From: Podarcis liolepis
Taxonomy: Eukaryota
Length of the DNA: 64,000 nucleotides
Strand: one strand, 5' to 3'
NCBI GenBank assembly: GCA_965112155.1
Contig: OZ218105.1
Position numbers and translations under genes: made by a program
Notes under the pieces: generated by a model
Told to the model about the DNA's origin: nothing
Database searches by the model: none
The model's input: only the letters and a program-made list of their open reading frames with translations
In this document: positions 13,655 through 27,450 of the stretch, in pieces
Layout: each line of letters begins with the position of its first letter
Numbering within the stretch: the first letter of the stretch is position 1

Positions 13655-15383
13655 TAATGGGAGTTCCAAAACACCTTTCACCTCTCCATAGAGCACTGGC
13701 TCTTCTAATTTGTTTACTAAGTTGCAGGTTTCATCACCATTATTGGGTATAATGTTGTTTCATGCTCAGTGTATTTGTAGCAGCTTGTGCTACCCCGCTC
13801 CAGTTAGCAGCAAAACAGCCAGCTGCAGAATAAGGGTTGTTACTGACAGGTAAGGTGGGGGGTGGACTTCGGCTGCTAGAATTATGGCTCATTCCAGGTC
13901 CAACACGTTTTGGAAAATTCCTTCCTTGGGGGCATATGAGCAGCGTACATAGGAAAAGGGCTAGCAAGGACAAAATACATCATTGAAAACTGCCCCAAAG
14001 CACCTTCAGCCTTACCAATCATGCTTTTTGACAGCTTTCCATTTTTAGGGGTTGTCTCACTGGTAGAAAGTCTGGTTTTAATGTGGTTTTGTTAGATACG
14101 TTTGCATTAATATATACGTCGATACATTTTTCAGCTTTTCTGTATTTTCTTTTGCAGAATGCAACTTGATAGCTATTATTCATTTAATGTGAGATTATGA
14201 AGTTTTGTGTTTTATTACGTATTGTGTTTTATTATGTTTTGTAATTATTATCCCTTTTCCTAGTTATGCTGTTCATATATTTATAGTGTCCCCAGAAGGA
14301 AGAGTTTCGTTAAATGGTCAGGCCTGGAGTAAACCAGAAATGTCGCACTGGGTGTTTCCCTCCCCCTTTTTGCACACCCTGCATTAGCACAAAGGATTTC
14401 TAAAACTGTACAATTGCACGTTCATTACACCTTTTGCATTTCTTTTTAAGTTCCAAGGGTGAGGATCTTCTTAAGGGGGTGCAGGCAGTTGCTACAGGAT
14501 CCTACCATTCCTCCTTTAACTTTTCCGTCCAGTTCCAGTTAGTTGCTTGAAGGAGCCACAGCATTAACATTTCCCCAACCAACCAGTTCAGCATAAGCAT
14601 CTTAATGGGTTGTGTGAATGCTGCAACCTCTTATTTGGTGGGCAAGGACTTTTTTTGAATCCACGCGGTGCCTTCTTTATGCTGTGCACCCAGATGCATG
14701 TACGTTTCCCTTAATGTTCACCTTGTCTGTTCCTGAGTGAGCAAGTTAATGACGATGCGTTTAATGAATTAACCACAACTTAGTTTGGGTGGAAACAAAT
14801 GGCTAGGAACCATACAGTAGCTGCTAAAATGTGTCAGCTATGACCCCATGGAAAGACGGTCCCTGCCAAACTTCTTCCCACGTAGCTATAAAGATCCCTT
14901 TGGATTGGGAGTCAGTCAATTACTGGGTTTTTTGTTTGCTTGCTTTTGCAAGGCACCTAATTGAAACAATAACATGGTGCATTTTTTATGTTTTCACCAT
15001 TTCAATTTATTAATCGTGTTTATTTTTTTAAAAAAATGACATCAATAAATTTAAACAAGAAGTCTCAAGTTCTTGTTAGTCACTAGTGCCTTTGCAAGGT
15101 TAACCGGAACACAAAGGCAAGAACAAGTGTATTGAACAACCATGTCTAGAATGCTGCTTACACATTTGTTAGCATAAAGGAAAGAGCTAGAAGTTTCATT
15201 TTTAAGCAGAATTTTACTTTTAAAACAAAATCTGGAATTGCAGCAAAGAGGCCTAGAGCATTCCTCCTTTGGCTGCAGTCCTACACAGCATTGCAGAACC
15301 CCTAGCAAGTAGGTAAATAAAACAATGACTAATGTGACATTTGATGTTTGCTCATCATGATGTGCACCACTTAATTTCAATAG

Positions 15384-15454
15384 GCATGGGTGGAACCTAA
15401 CAGTCCTTCCTAATAACACAGGATCCATCCTGCGACATCTTGGTGCTGTGCCTG
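15384..15454 (+). CDS. JARID2: JARID2 exon 11
   Basis: caatag|G, CTG|gtaagt; [23 protein letters not shown](G), 71 nt. Confidence 0.95.
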
Positions 15455-15781
15455 GTAAGTCCATTTATATTCTCCATGTTTAAGAGACATACTCTGTTGT
15501 GGAATTCACACAGAGTGTTGAATAAATCATGTTTTTGCCACCTCCCTGGAGCTGGGCATCTCTACCTGCTGTTTAAAAATGAATTAATATTCAGTAAGCT
15601 TCCCATCATGGTGGCATTTATAATCCTGTTTGTGTCTCTGCTGCCCATTGACCCCTCAATCTGTTCAGCACAGATGGACACACTTCTATCCTAGAGAGGC
15701 TGAGAAAGGTGTGTTTTGTATCTTAACAAGCCAAACGTAGCAGTTAAGCTCTGTGTCTTGTATTACTGAATTTTTTAAAAA

Positions 15782-15806
15782 GGAAAGAAAGAAAGAAAGA
15801 AAGAAA
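15782..15806 (+). repeat. (GAAA)n microsatellite
   Basis: ggaaagaaagaaagaaagaaagaaa seen directly. Confidence 0.9.
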
Positions 15807-16573
15807 GGTGAGAGTGAGACGGAGGGGTACGCATGTAGTGCAGACCATCTCTACCTTGGGCCATTTACTTCTCCCAGTTGTTCATCATTATTCAGTAGGC
15901 TCATGATAATGTTTTAGTGTCAATATGGTGAGCGATCAGCACATGTAACTTCATTATTTGCAGTCTCCAGGGAGCAGTGCTGTGCCAATAAATTTGCAGA
16001 AATTCCTCTGGTTCTTCATTAAGGCTCTTCAGTGATTTCTACCTGATAATGGCTGGGGGGTTAGATAATCATTTTACAAAGAGCTGAAAGTGACTGCTGT
16101 TGCTCACTCATTTCTTCTAACCCCCCCCCCCCGATCTCTGGTCAAACAGGTCTGGCAGGATTTTGAAGCATTTTTACAAAGACCTATAAATAGAGATGAT
16201 TATGAGATACCTATGCTTACCTGCACCATTTCCAACTTTCGGGGGGGGGGGTGTTTTCTGCCTGCAACCAGTGTTCATGAGCCACACTTGTCCAAGCAAT
16301 TCACCATGTTAATACAAGTGTGCACCCAGAATATTTGCAGAAAGCAAAATTTATATGCATGTGTGATCGGCAGCATAGTGATGCCGTGAAAAAATAGGAG
16401 CTTGGGCGAAAAAAATGTATCCGAATAATCAGATCAAAGGCATCTCTTGTTAACTATGTAATCTTATTTCTGGTAGAAATCAAAAGATTTAAATTTTCAA
16501 GTATCAGCACAAATTATATGTGTGGTTTTCAACATACCTTTTCCCCATTAATTGTGTTTTGCTTCTGATCTAA

Positions 16574-16699
<126 letters not shown>

Positions 16700-18482
16700 T
16701 AAGTGAATCCCAAGTGAACCTCTTTGCTCTTCTGCACTGTTGCTTTCAGGAAGTTGCACGTCAGCTTCTATGGTGATCCTGATGCAGCGTCTTACGGCCT
16801 CAACACCATCGCAGTTCATGGCACCCCAACCTGCCCGACTACAACCTTCTTCTATAAATAATGTTTTCCTAAAGATGATAAAACTCTCAAAAGCCAGAAA
16901 ATATCACGTTAAGCAGAAAAAGATCAAGTTGACCCTTGTTCAGCACACGCAACCTAGAAATGTGGCAAAGAATTGGAGTTAATCACAAGCCTTACATAGA
17001 AGTCCCACTTATTCCATTTGGTACAAATGCTGCACAAATAAGCCTCCAAAGTTACTAGGCCGTAAAAAATGTTTCCAGCATGCACTCCCTATATGTAATC
17101 TCTTGGATCCAAAAATCCTCTCTCTCTCGTACTTAAGTAAGGAGGCACCAATCCTGCCTCCCTCCATCTTCCTCCCCTCTGCCAAACTGGCTTGAGAAGA
17201 TCAAGAACACCCTAAAGAGCTTTTCAGAGGGTTTAGAGGGCTTCCAGATGCAGTGCAGCTTTGTAACAAGTGGTACTCCCTATGTGAGAGGCAGCATTCT
17301 TCTGTTGTACCATAAAAACTTACACCTATCTTTTCTAGCCTAAATGGAAAGTAATTAACTGTGTTTGGGGGAAAAACACTTCCTGTCTCATCACTAGGAG
17401 GCAGTTCTTTTTTCCCATAGGCAAGGGAGTGAGTGGTAGTTTGTACAAGCCTCAGCTTTAAGATGTACTTCACACATACATCATCTCAGTAATTACAAGG
17501 ATGTTGTATTATTGCAGTGATACAGTTGGAAGGCTGAGTGTGGCTTGCCCAAGTGCAAAGAGCATTCAGGGCTGACATGAGATTTGAACCAGGGGCTACC
17601 CAGCTAATGGCTCTTGCCAGCTCAAATAGAAGAGTTTCAAATGTCCTCTGGAAAAAGTCCAAAATGTTGCACAGCTTCAGGAGAGCAGAGGCCTGCAGTC
17701 CGGAGTGGCCATGAAGAATACTCCTGAATGTGACTTTGCTATTCAGACATGGTGTACAGATATTTGTCAAAAAGGAGCTTTTGATATTGGGGCCCCACCA
17801 CACATTCATCTTTTAGGTTTACATTGGGGTGGGTGGGTTAGCATACCCTTGCAAGTTGGTCATACAAATGATAAAATCCAGTCTTTGGAAATTTGTGCCA
17901 TAGAGGTATTCTCTTCCAAAGAGCCAGGATCAGCTACAAATCCCTGTCTGTTCTTGGTTGCTTCAGCAGCATGCCCAGGTTTGCTGACATGGAATGTGTG
18001 GGACAGCCCTTATTGGTGGTTATGGGATGTTAAAAAGCAGTCAGGTGTCAGCATTTGGTTCAACCAACAGAGGATATGTTGGTTGTAGTTTTATTAGGTG
18101 AGAGCTTCAAAATATTGTGAGTTCAAACACAGTTCTATTTCTCCTTTTCCTAACCCCCAATATTTGAGAGAAATGCAGTCAGATACATGTAGAGATGGCA
18201 AATCCTTTAATGCTCCAATCTTTGATAAAATATTCAGTGGTTGTAGCGCCACAATTATTCCTTGCTGTGTTATTTTGAAGTTTGATCTTGTTTTCAAATT
18301 TGCAAACTCTTGGTATATTTTGCACATCTGCTGTTGCATTCAGGTCCAGGCTTCCTATACGCATCTGATCCAGCAGGGCTCTTTGTATGCTCTCATGTTG
18401 CTCTCAGCTTTGGTGATGTCGATTTCGGCAGCATGGAATAAATACTCCCTTTGTTTCCCCTTTCTGTGTCAAAAATGAACAG

Positions 18483-18588
18483 GTATTGCATTCCTGCTGC
18501 AGAGGAGAAAAAACTTGACAAAGTGGTACACACCCTGCTGCAAGCCAATGGCACTCCAGGGCTGGAAATGCTTGAAAGTAACGTCATG
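18483..18588 (+). CDS. JARID2: JARID2 exon 13 (JmjC)
   Basis: gaacag|G, ATG|gtgagt; [35 protein letters not shown], 106 nt. Confidence 0.96.
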
Positions 18589-19259
18589 GTGAGTTGCTTT
18601 AGGGTTTGTTACTAGGCAGTTTCTTTTGCGGTGTCATGAACAGCAATACATTTTATTGTGTAAGCCAGAGGTAGATTTCCTTTCTAGATCCAAGGGCCAA
18701 ACCTTGGGTTAACCATCTGGGAACTGCATGCCCCTGGTAGATGTCCACACCACACTCCTTTCCCCTGCCAAACACACAAGGGCAAACACAGGCACACAGC
18801 TCCCCCTCAACTGACCTATGCGTATTAAGGATGGAGATGGAGGATTATTGTCCAACTTTGGGGTTTTTTCTTACTGCTGTCACTGCTGAAATTGGTAGGA
18901 GCTTCCAGCCAGAGTGAAAGCTCAGATTTATTGTTTAAGCAATACTTAGAGGGAGTGATGTGGATTCATATGTTCTTAAAGGGGATAACCCAGTCCTATA
19001 TGACATAAGGAGCTATGCCTCCCCACCCCAAGGCTCCTGGGTCCTGCTGAGGTTTGTTTCCCTTTAAGCCAAGCTTAAGAGTTGGTTGGTTTTACGTAGT
19101 TGGCAGCAGAAGGATCTGCTCTGGGGTTTGTTTCTGTAGAAGCATTTAGAGATTCAATATGCCTTTTGCATGTTCTCCATGGCAAGTAGTAAGAGGTAAG
19201 CAAATGGAGCTGCCAAGAAAGGCACCCGCTCTAGATTTCCCCTGCTTCTTTCTCCCTAG

Positions 19260-19505
<246 letters not shown>

Positions 19506-20074
19506 TAGTGCTGCTTGATGCATTCATTAAACTTTTTGGGATATGGGTGGGTTTTTTTTCATACATAAAGCATCTAGACTTTGCCTTTTACCACTCAGAA
19601 CTTGAGAAATCTCCATTTCAATGAAGACTGCATGGACTGTGTCACATATAACTATTCATAGGACATGTCCTGACTCAACTGTGATGTGCATCAGTAACTC
19701 CTTTTATGTATGACTCGTTGGTTGAATCTGTTGCAAGGACAGCAGCAACAGTGCCTACTAGGACCAGTTGGGTTGGGTTTTGCAGGGGGAAGTCTTGGGG
19801 AGGTGAGTTGCACTTTGCATTTACTTGCACTTGTGCCCAGGGCTTAATTGAGAAGTTAAGGGACGGCAGGAATTGCACACTGACACCTGAAGGGCCAATA
19901 TGAAGTGACTGAGAAGAGATCGCTCAGGAAAATTTTGTGTTTCACACATACACTCTTCTGGTCAGGAAATCCTTGTCCCCAAGGATGATGCGTTAATTGG
20001 GTATGTTCATTTTTCTTTCCAAAACGAGTTATTTCATTGTATGTGAACTAACACTCTGGAATTTGTCGACGCAG

Positions 20075-20205
20075 GAGATGAAGCAACGACGTATACCCAA
20101 GCCATTTTCAATGGAAAAGCTGCTCTATCAGATCGCAACAGCAGAAGCAAAGAAAGAAAATGGGTCTTCTCTTAGTACAATATCGGCACTTCTAGGAGAG
20201 CTCAG
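20075..20205 (+). CDS. JARID2: JARID2 exon 15
   Basis: acgcag|GAG, CAG|gtagct; [43 protein letters not shown](R), 131 nt. Confidence 0.95.
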
Positions 20206-21360
20206 GTAGCTAGAGTCTCTTCTGTTTTATCCTACTTGCTTCCAGAGTAGCTCTCGCGGAAAGTATAGAGAGTGTTGTGAGACGTCCAAGAGCATTGCTG
20301 CTGAGCCAGCCAACCTGCTTGAACACTGCCACACATGGGAGAAGAAACTTCCATGGATGGTTTGCTGTCAAAGCACTAGAGGACAGAGCAAAGTACTCCA
20401 TACTACTAGCATTAGGTGATGACTTTTTTCTCACCAAACAAATGAATCTGTGTTTCCCAGTGTGCCTAATAATGTCAAGAGTTTTAAAATCACCGGCTAA
20501 GCCAGGAGTTCCTGTGCTTTCGGAAGCAGACAGTGTAATCTGTCTGTAGCATGAGGACAACTACACACCTTTTCTAAAGACACTGAAAGACCTGTTTTTT
20601 AAATGCTCCCCAGCCCCTGTCCAAGGCAGGTTTGAAAAGCAGGGAAAGCTGCCATGTTTCATATGTAATGCTGTTCTCTTTTATTCTCCTACTATGTAGC
20701 ACTGCTACCCACAACAAGTGTGAGACAGCTGGGTAGTGCTGGTCGGTAACATCTCGAATAGATCAAGAGAAAATCTGATGGCTGGAATCTACAAATTGTA
20801 TTTAACAAAATTACTGTGTTAATGTGCAAAGAATGGTTAGAGTCTTCTCCACTATATGTCTGCCCTCAAAGTGGAAGACTTTTGAGGCTCTGCATGGAGC
20901 TTCTTCCTTTTTGGAGAGTTGATATGCACTTTTCCCTTTAACAAAGGAAAATTTGCAAATATCGAAAGAGCTGGTATTTTTACATCCATCCATCCAAGTG
21001 GTTCTCAAGCTTGTTCACATTTAGGTTGCTTCTTTCAAGAGGGAGATCTTCCAAAGGATATTTCTCCTTCTAAAGCCTGATCTTTGCTGCTGGAATAACT
21101 ATGTTTTTTAACTGCAAATGTCAGCCTACTTTTTTCCTTTGCTTGATATGTGGTACCACCTTTTCCTTTCCTGAGCTCAGTTCTCGTTTACTCACTGCTT
21201 TGGTACATGATGTTCCATCTCTCTTCCTGTCTGCTCAATGTTTTGCTCAGTTCCCTTTTAAGTGTCATAGCAAGTCAAGTCTTGCCAACTGAGGGAGGGC
21301 CTACCGCAGGACAATGTTTTTGTCCCACTTCTATCTCCTCCTGTTTCCCTCCTTGGCCAT

Positions 21361-21740
21361 TGGGTATGTTTAGCCTGGAGAGAAGATTGTTAAGGAGAGA
21401 CATGGCAGCAGTCTTCAAATTTCTGAAGGGTTGTCATATGGAAGATGAAGAAGGCTTGTTCTCTGCTGTATCAGAGGGCAGGACTAGAACCAGTGGGTGG
21501 AAATGGTGGTGCAACAGATTTGGTCTAAACATTGGAAGAAACTTTCTAATGTGTAGAGCTGTTCAACAAAGGAAGAGACTGTCTTGGTAGGTGATGGGCT
21601 CTCCTTCACTGAAGGTTTTTAAGCAGAGGCTAGATAGCCATCTGTCAGGGATTCTGGAGTTGCATCCTGGATTGTTGATCCTGCATTGAGCAGGGTGTTA
21701 GACGAGATGACGTCCCAAGTCCCTTCCAACTCAATAATTC
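21361..21740 (+). mobile_element. CR1 LINE 3' fragment (ORF2 C-terminus and 3' UTR)
   Basis: LGMFSLERRLLRRDMAAVFKFLKG...RFGLNIGRNFL...SPSLKVFKQRLDSHLSG is a typical CR1 ORF2 tail; ends in GTCCCTTCCAACTC-type 3' UTR. Confidence 0.9.
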
Positions 21741-22053
21741 TTTTTTTCTACAGCGAGTAGGGCTGCTTAAAATCGTGCTTGGTCTCCATAGGTAGTAGTA
21801 TCTCCTGGCAAATCAGTTGGCAGCCATGTTTGCCCAATAATTTGATCTGGCCCAAGGTTTTTCTGTATCAGATTCTCTGTCTGGAAAACTCCCAATTTGT
21901 ATACAGTGGCCAGACAAAACATTAGATGGGATTTAGCCCATCATAGCATGGCAATTGTTATTAAAATCTCAGGCCTACGTTGAAATGTTGCCTGCTGCTT
22001 CATGGCATTCCTAGGAGAGGTTGCTGTTTTCTAATTATTCCTCATGTCCACAG

Positions 22054-22237
22054 GGAGACAGAGCTGAGGCAGCGGCGGCAGCTGTATGAGGCAGGCCTCC
22101 ATTCGTCAGCTCGCTATGGGAGCCATGACAGCAGCAGCAGTTCGGGAGTGGATGGGAAGAAAAAGCCTCGAAAGTGGCAGCTAGAGACGTCTGAGAGGAG
22201 GTGTCAGATTTGCCAGCACCTGTGTTACCTATCTATG
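22054..22237 (+). CDS. JARID2: JARID2 exon 16 (start of C5HC2 zinc finger)
   Basis: ccacag|G, ATG|gtatgg; [25 protein letters not shown]...[14 protein letters not shown], 184 nt. Confidence 0.96.
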
Positions 22238-24067
22238 GTATGGAAAATCCCTAGAAGCTGGGAGTTCTCACTATGTTCTTTAAATATCATCTCTTCCCAC
22301 CCCCACCCCCCCAAAAAAATCTCAATTACTCCAGTGCTAAAAGGCCAAAATGCATTTGGCCAAAGCAGTGTATGTATTTCAATAAAGTATAGGTTGAAAT
22401 CTCTTGTGAAGCACTGGTGTGTAGGAGACTCAGGATAGTTGAAGGTTAAGGAACATTGGTGTTAGTGCTTTTTAAACAATATTGGACTGAAGCATAAAAC
22501 AGGAGAACTAAAAAGCTTGATGATTTGTTTTGTAATTTTTATTGTCATTTCATAGTTTTCAAATCTTATTCTGACGCCTGTCAAGGAAACTTGACATGCT
22601 CTAGAGAATTTCTGAATATGTTCTAGGATGTACCATTCAGTTCAAGTGAGGTCAGCTGTGCTTCATATCATCAGTTCAAAGAGGACAACAACTGATGTAC
22701 AAAATAGTCCAGATTCTCCAGCAGTCTGCACATTGCACTGGATGATTGACAGTGGTGGGCAGGGGCTCTTCCAGAGAAGATTCTCCGGTATTTTCTCATG
22801 GGAGAACTCCAGAATTACCTGGAACACCATTTGAAAATTGCTCTTGTACTACAGTATGCCAGTTGTAAGCAGTTGTAAGCAGAAGCTGGTGATTTTTCAC
22901 TTAAAAGAATGTATGCCTCACTTCAGCTGTCTTCAGATATTCACTTTGGGCCTGCAGGAACCTCGTGAGATCACGCATGCCGGCAGTATTCCAAATCCAA
23001 CATGCAGTAAGCTGAGTCTGAAGGGAGGCCACTTCCACCCCATGTAGGAAATCCTATGCACAATGAAAGTGTCTTCCTTCTGATCCAGTCAATCACAAGT
23101 CAAATCAAGAGTCATGTCATTGAGGGGGAGGAGCTAGAGCCACACTTTCCACAGGCCTCTTCGCATATTCAGAATAAGTGAAGAGGGTTTTCTGGTTTTC
23201 AAGATTTGTCAAGGAGGTAGTTCAAACAGTTCAGTAAAAGGGAGCCTATTACTAGAAGAACTTTAGTAATAAACTGTAAGATTTCTCATTGCAGACCAGC
23301 AAGAGGTTGCAGAAAATAGTGCAATATTAGGTCATAAAAGGAATAAAGCTCACTTTATAATTTAGTACCAAAATAATAATTGGCTTATGGGAGTAATAAA
23401 TTAAAATCATGGCTGAAAATGCATTTTCCTGACACAATATAAAAGCTTTTCTGCCATTTCAAGCCCAAGGTAGCACTAGTGCATATATGAAGGCCACTTT
23501 TGAATGTCAGCGTGGGATAAGCCATTTATGTAGAATTACTCATTTACAAATAGAGTGGTTTTTCTGCACACCACTGCAAATTACCAATACATTTTGAAAA
23601 GGTCTGCAGTGGCAGAGAGAAAATGTGCCGTCAGTGAACCATGCCACACACCCATCTCACCAGATGGTAGCATCTGCCACGTGAACAGGGTTGCCTTGAT
23701 GTTTACATCATTCCTTAGCCTCTATGGAAGAAAAAGTTCACCTTGGCTCAGTTTTGCTTGGAAGAGCTTAAGAATTGCAAAGTTTAGTTTCTAATTCTGT
23801 TGCTCTTTGGGATTTGATTCTAAATAGGTGTGTCCATAAACACTATCAAAGTGATTGAACATATATCAATTAACGGCCTCACCATGGTTATTACATTTGC
23901 CACACCAACAGTAGTAACGAGTGGTTTCAACGTTTGAATTTTAAAAGTGAATTCACCCATAGGCTTAACAAACAGGGATCACGGTTGTGTGAGACTTCCA
24001 GGTTAAGCTTCCATATAGAATCAGGCTGTTCAGGAAATACTGATCTGCGGGTTATTAATGCTCTTGA

Positions 24068-24385
<318 letters not shown>

Positions 24386-24388
24386 TAG

Positions 24389-24565
<177 letters not shown>

Positions 24566-24651
24566 TCATGAAGATGCCAACACACTCTCTCATTTTTGTC
24601 AATTTTATATATATTTTTTGTAATTATTATATCATAGTTTGGAGTACTTGC

Positions 24652-24784
24652 NNNNNNNNNNNNNNNNNNNNNNNNNNNNNNNNNNNNNNNNNNNNNNNNN
24701 NNNNNNNNNNNNNNNNNNNNNNNNNNNNNNNNNNNNNNNNNNNNNNNNNNNNNNNNNNNNNNNNNNNNNNNNNNNNNNNNNNNN
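24652..24784. other. Assembly gap (133 N)
   Basis: Run of N in the sequence. Confidence 1.
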
Positions 24785-26237
24785 AGCAGGATTTTTTTTA
24801 ACTGCTGTACATTCAGTTTTGAAAGCATCAAGGGGCTGATGAAATTCATTTGTATTTGTCCCTCTGTCTGAAGCTACAAAGCCTTTTTTTCATTTTTTGG
24901 TAACTGTGAAAAGGCTTTTAAACTCTTTTTTTGATAGGTTGAAGTTTGGCGTTTTATAATTTGTTCTCCAAGTCATGTCAACAAATTTTTTTCTAGAGAG
25001 AAAAGGGATAGGAGACAAAACTTGAAAGAAATTGCTATACTTTTGGCTTGTATTCTGTAACAGGCAGGATGAGTTTTGTACCTTTTTAAATTGGAGAATA
25101 CACACTTTTCTTTGAGAGGTTATGGCAGCTGAAGATGGACTTAGTTTTCTAACTGTAGGCAAAATGGGAGATTTGGAGAAATTGTTCTCTGTTACCAGCA
25201 CTTCACTATGCATCTGTTCGAGGAGGAGAAGAAAGAGAAGAAAAAGACTGCCTGCCTTGAGGAGTCATGTGAGCGAAAACTGTGCCTGATTTCATTAGGA
25301 AATCCATTCTGTTATGTTTTGGTGCTGTTGGCTACTTTATCAAAAACCCTTCAATAGCATCCTTTTAAAATGATTGAAGCCATAAGTGCTTCTTGTCATA
25401 GACGTGCAATCTTTAACATTCCATTTCCATTCCACTGCTGTTTTTCATACCTTTTCACAGTCAGCATTAATTTTGTTTTGAATTTTGTTTTGTTGTTTGA
25501 TCACATTTAGAGCCACTAGCAGATTTGCATATTTCTTTTGAATGTGAAAAATGCATTTGCTCTCATCTTGTCTATTTTTTTCCTTCATGTTGTAACAAAA
25601 AAGAAATCATACCTTTTGTACATAAGCCTGTAAATTGTTTTAAATACTTGAGCCTTTTCTTGGGAGGGTGGGGAAGGGTGGCAAAGAGACAAGATGAAGA
25701 AAAGCCTTACGTTTCACTTTCTTCATCGGATGGATTTGGATGCTTACAGGGTTTTTCTTGTAACATTTATAAGTGCTGCTTACATCACTGAACAACAACA
25801 AAAATAATAATGGAGTAGTTGTTGCCCTTTTCCAGTTGTGTGTACAGTATGTGTGGAATAAAAAAGGGAAAATGTTTTCACAAACTCTTTTGTTTCATAA
25901 TTGAATTCAAGACCGTAGAGCTACCCATATTGCACTGAGCTTGCCAGTGGTGACTGTCAGGAAAAGTCTTATAAAATACATATTGTCGGTTGTTGCAGAA
26001 GACGAATTGTTTTGGAATATTTAACAATAACATACAGAGTCGAGTGTTTTCCAATGTGGTTGTCCGGTTTTTATGGCCTTGCTGTGTACTTTTTTCCTTC
26101 TTGACAGTAAACTTCTGACTATGGCTTACAGTTTGACATTTAATTTATTAGCGCTGCTCTGCTCTCTTTCCTTGTAAGGAAAGACTTCATGTTTATTGCC
26201 AGTTTTGTTTACTTTTCAGGTTTGTAATACAAGGTTT

Positions 26238-26243
26238 AATAAA
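26238..26243 (+). terminator. Probable main poly(A) signal of JARID2
   Basis: AATAAA with downstream cactttttggacactttgtctttc T-rich element. Confidence 0.65.
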
Positions 26244-27015
26244 AAAACCACACTTTTTGGACACTTTGTCTTTCTTCTGAAAGAGCAGTAGAGATTAAAC
26301 TTCAAAAGTCAGGACCATTCTGGTTAGGAAAGATGCAACACATATAGCAGATATTCCCAGCTTTCATTTATAGGTACATTATTCCACCGAACCCAAAGAG
26401 AAATGGGCTTCTGAGACTTATTTCAAGTTAGTCAACTATTTGAGAATAGTTGCTCATTTAGAACATGCCCATAATCTCTTACATAGGGATAGCACAAGCA
26501 TGTTGGCCTGATGCTGTGTGCTACAGGTAGTAAGTAGAAAGCTTCAACAGTCTTAAAGTTAGGCTAGTGCACTTCATCAGTCTTTTGGTATCTATTGTGA
26601 AGTGAACAAAGCAGCATGCTTCTACATCCCTTATCACAAATGAGGCTTATCCCACTAAATGTAGGACAAAGCAACAACAGGACAGGAGCATGGAATCAAA
26701 GTTCACGTACTTTTTCAACTATTCAAGTACTTGCTGATCTTTTTCTGCTCGTTATTTATAGGTATGTAAAACATCAGTAAGAAAGCATATCGATTTCTTA
26801 CATCTGGAAGGTCACATAATTGGAGGCTATTATTCTTCTGTCTAAACAACAAACATTTACCAGTCTTTAGCCACAACAATTAAGACATGCACACTGTGAC
26901 AACAAACATGGCTTCTGTATTATGTTCCTATGGAGGATTTTAAAAGGAACCCTTACAACAACTTGTTCATTGGATAATCCTTTATATACAAGGTTTACTT
27001 TTCCAAAGCCAACAC

Positions 27016-27021
27016 TTTATT
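27016..27021 (-). terminator. Probable poly(A) signal of DTNBP1
   Basis: TTTATT on + (AATAAA on -), about 180 nt past the DTNBP1 stop. Confidence 0.6.
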
Positions 27022-27202
27022 GCTAATGGTGTGCTTCAAGAAATTTTTAATAAAAATCAGTATTTTCATGACTGTCAAACTCAAGTTTTATATATGGTAA
27101 TATTTTTCATGATAAGATTGGAGTAACAAAAGCAAGCTCAAAATACTTCTTTACTCACTCATTCATTCCAGGGTCCTAATTCCTTTAGAGCACCATGATA
27201 AC

Positions 27203-27450
27203 TCAAATTGTTTGCGAATCACTCTCATCACTAACATCAGAAGGGCCTTTCATTTCAGTATTTACAGCAACAAGGGCAGTGTCTACTTGCACATCTTCCT
27301 CATCGGACTGGATCACAGGCGATTCTCCTTCACTGGCATCTTGGCTGGCAGAATCAGTCCAGGCTGAAGAAGAGGAGGACAACTCTCTCAATGCTGACTG
27401 GGTGGGAACTTGAAGACTAATTTCATTTTGACCAGTACTGCTGTCTGATC
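27203..27450 (-). CDS. DTNBP1: DTNBP1 (dysbindin, BLOC-1 subunit 8) terminal exon 10, acidic C-terminus
   Basis: ttttgaag|GA acceptor; (G)SDSSTGQNEISLQVPTQSALRELSSSSSAWTDSASQDASEGESPVIQSDEEDVQVDTALVAVNTEMKGPSDVSDESDSQTI*. Confidence 0.94.

Larger units (their letters stand above)
24566..26265 (+). other. JARID2: JARID2 3' UTR (end approximate)
   Basis: Follows the stop; U-rich and repeat-free; AATAAA at 25857-25862 and 26238-26243, the latter followed by T/GT-rich sequence. Confidence 0.75.

Noticed and set aside
26489-26524. Short hairpin TAGCACA-AGCAT...ATGCT-G-TGTGCTA in the intergenic gap
   Set aside because: Only about 12 bp of stem, too short for a pre-miRNA and plausible by chance
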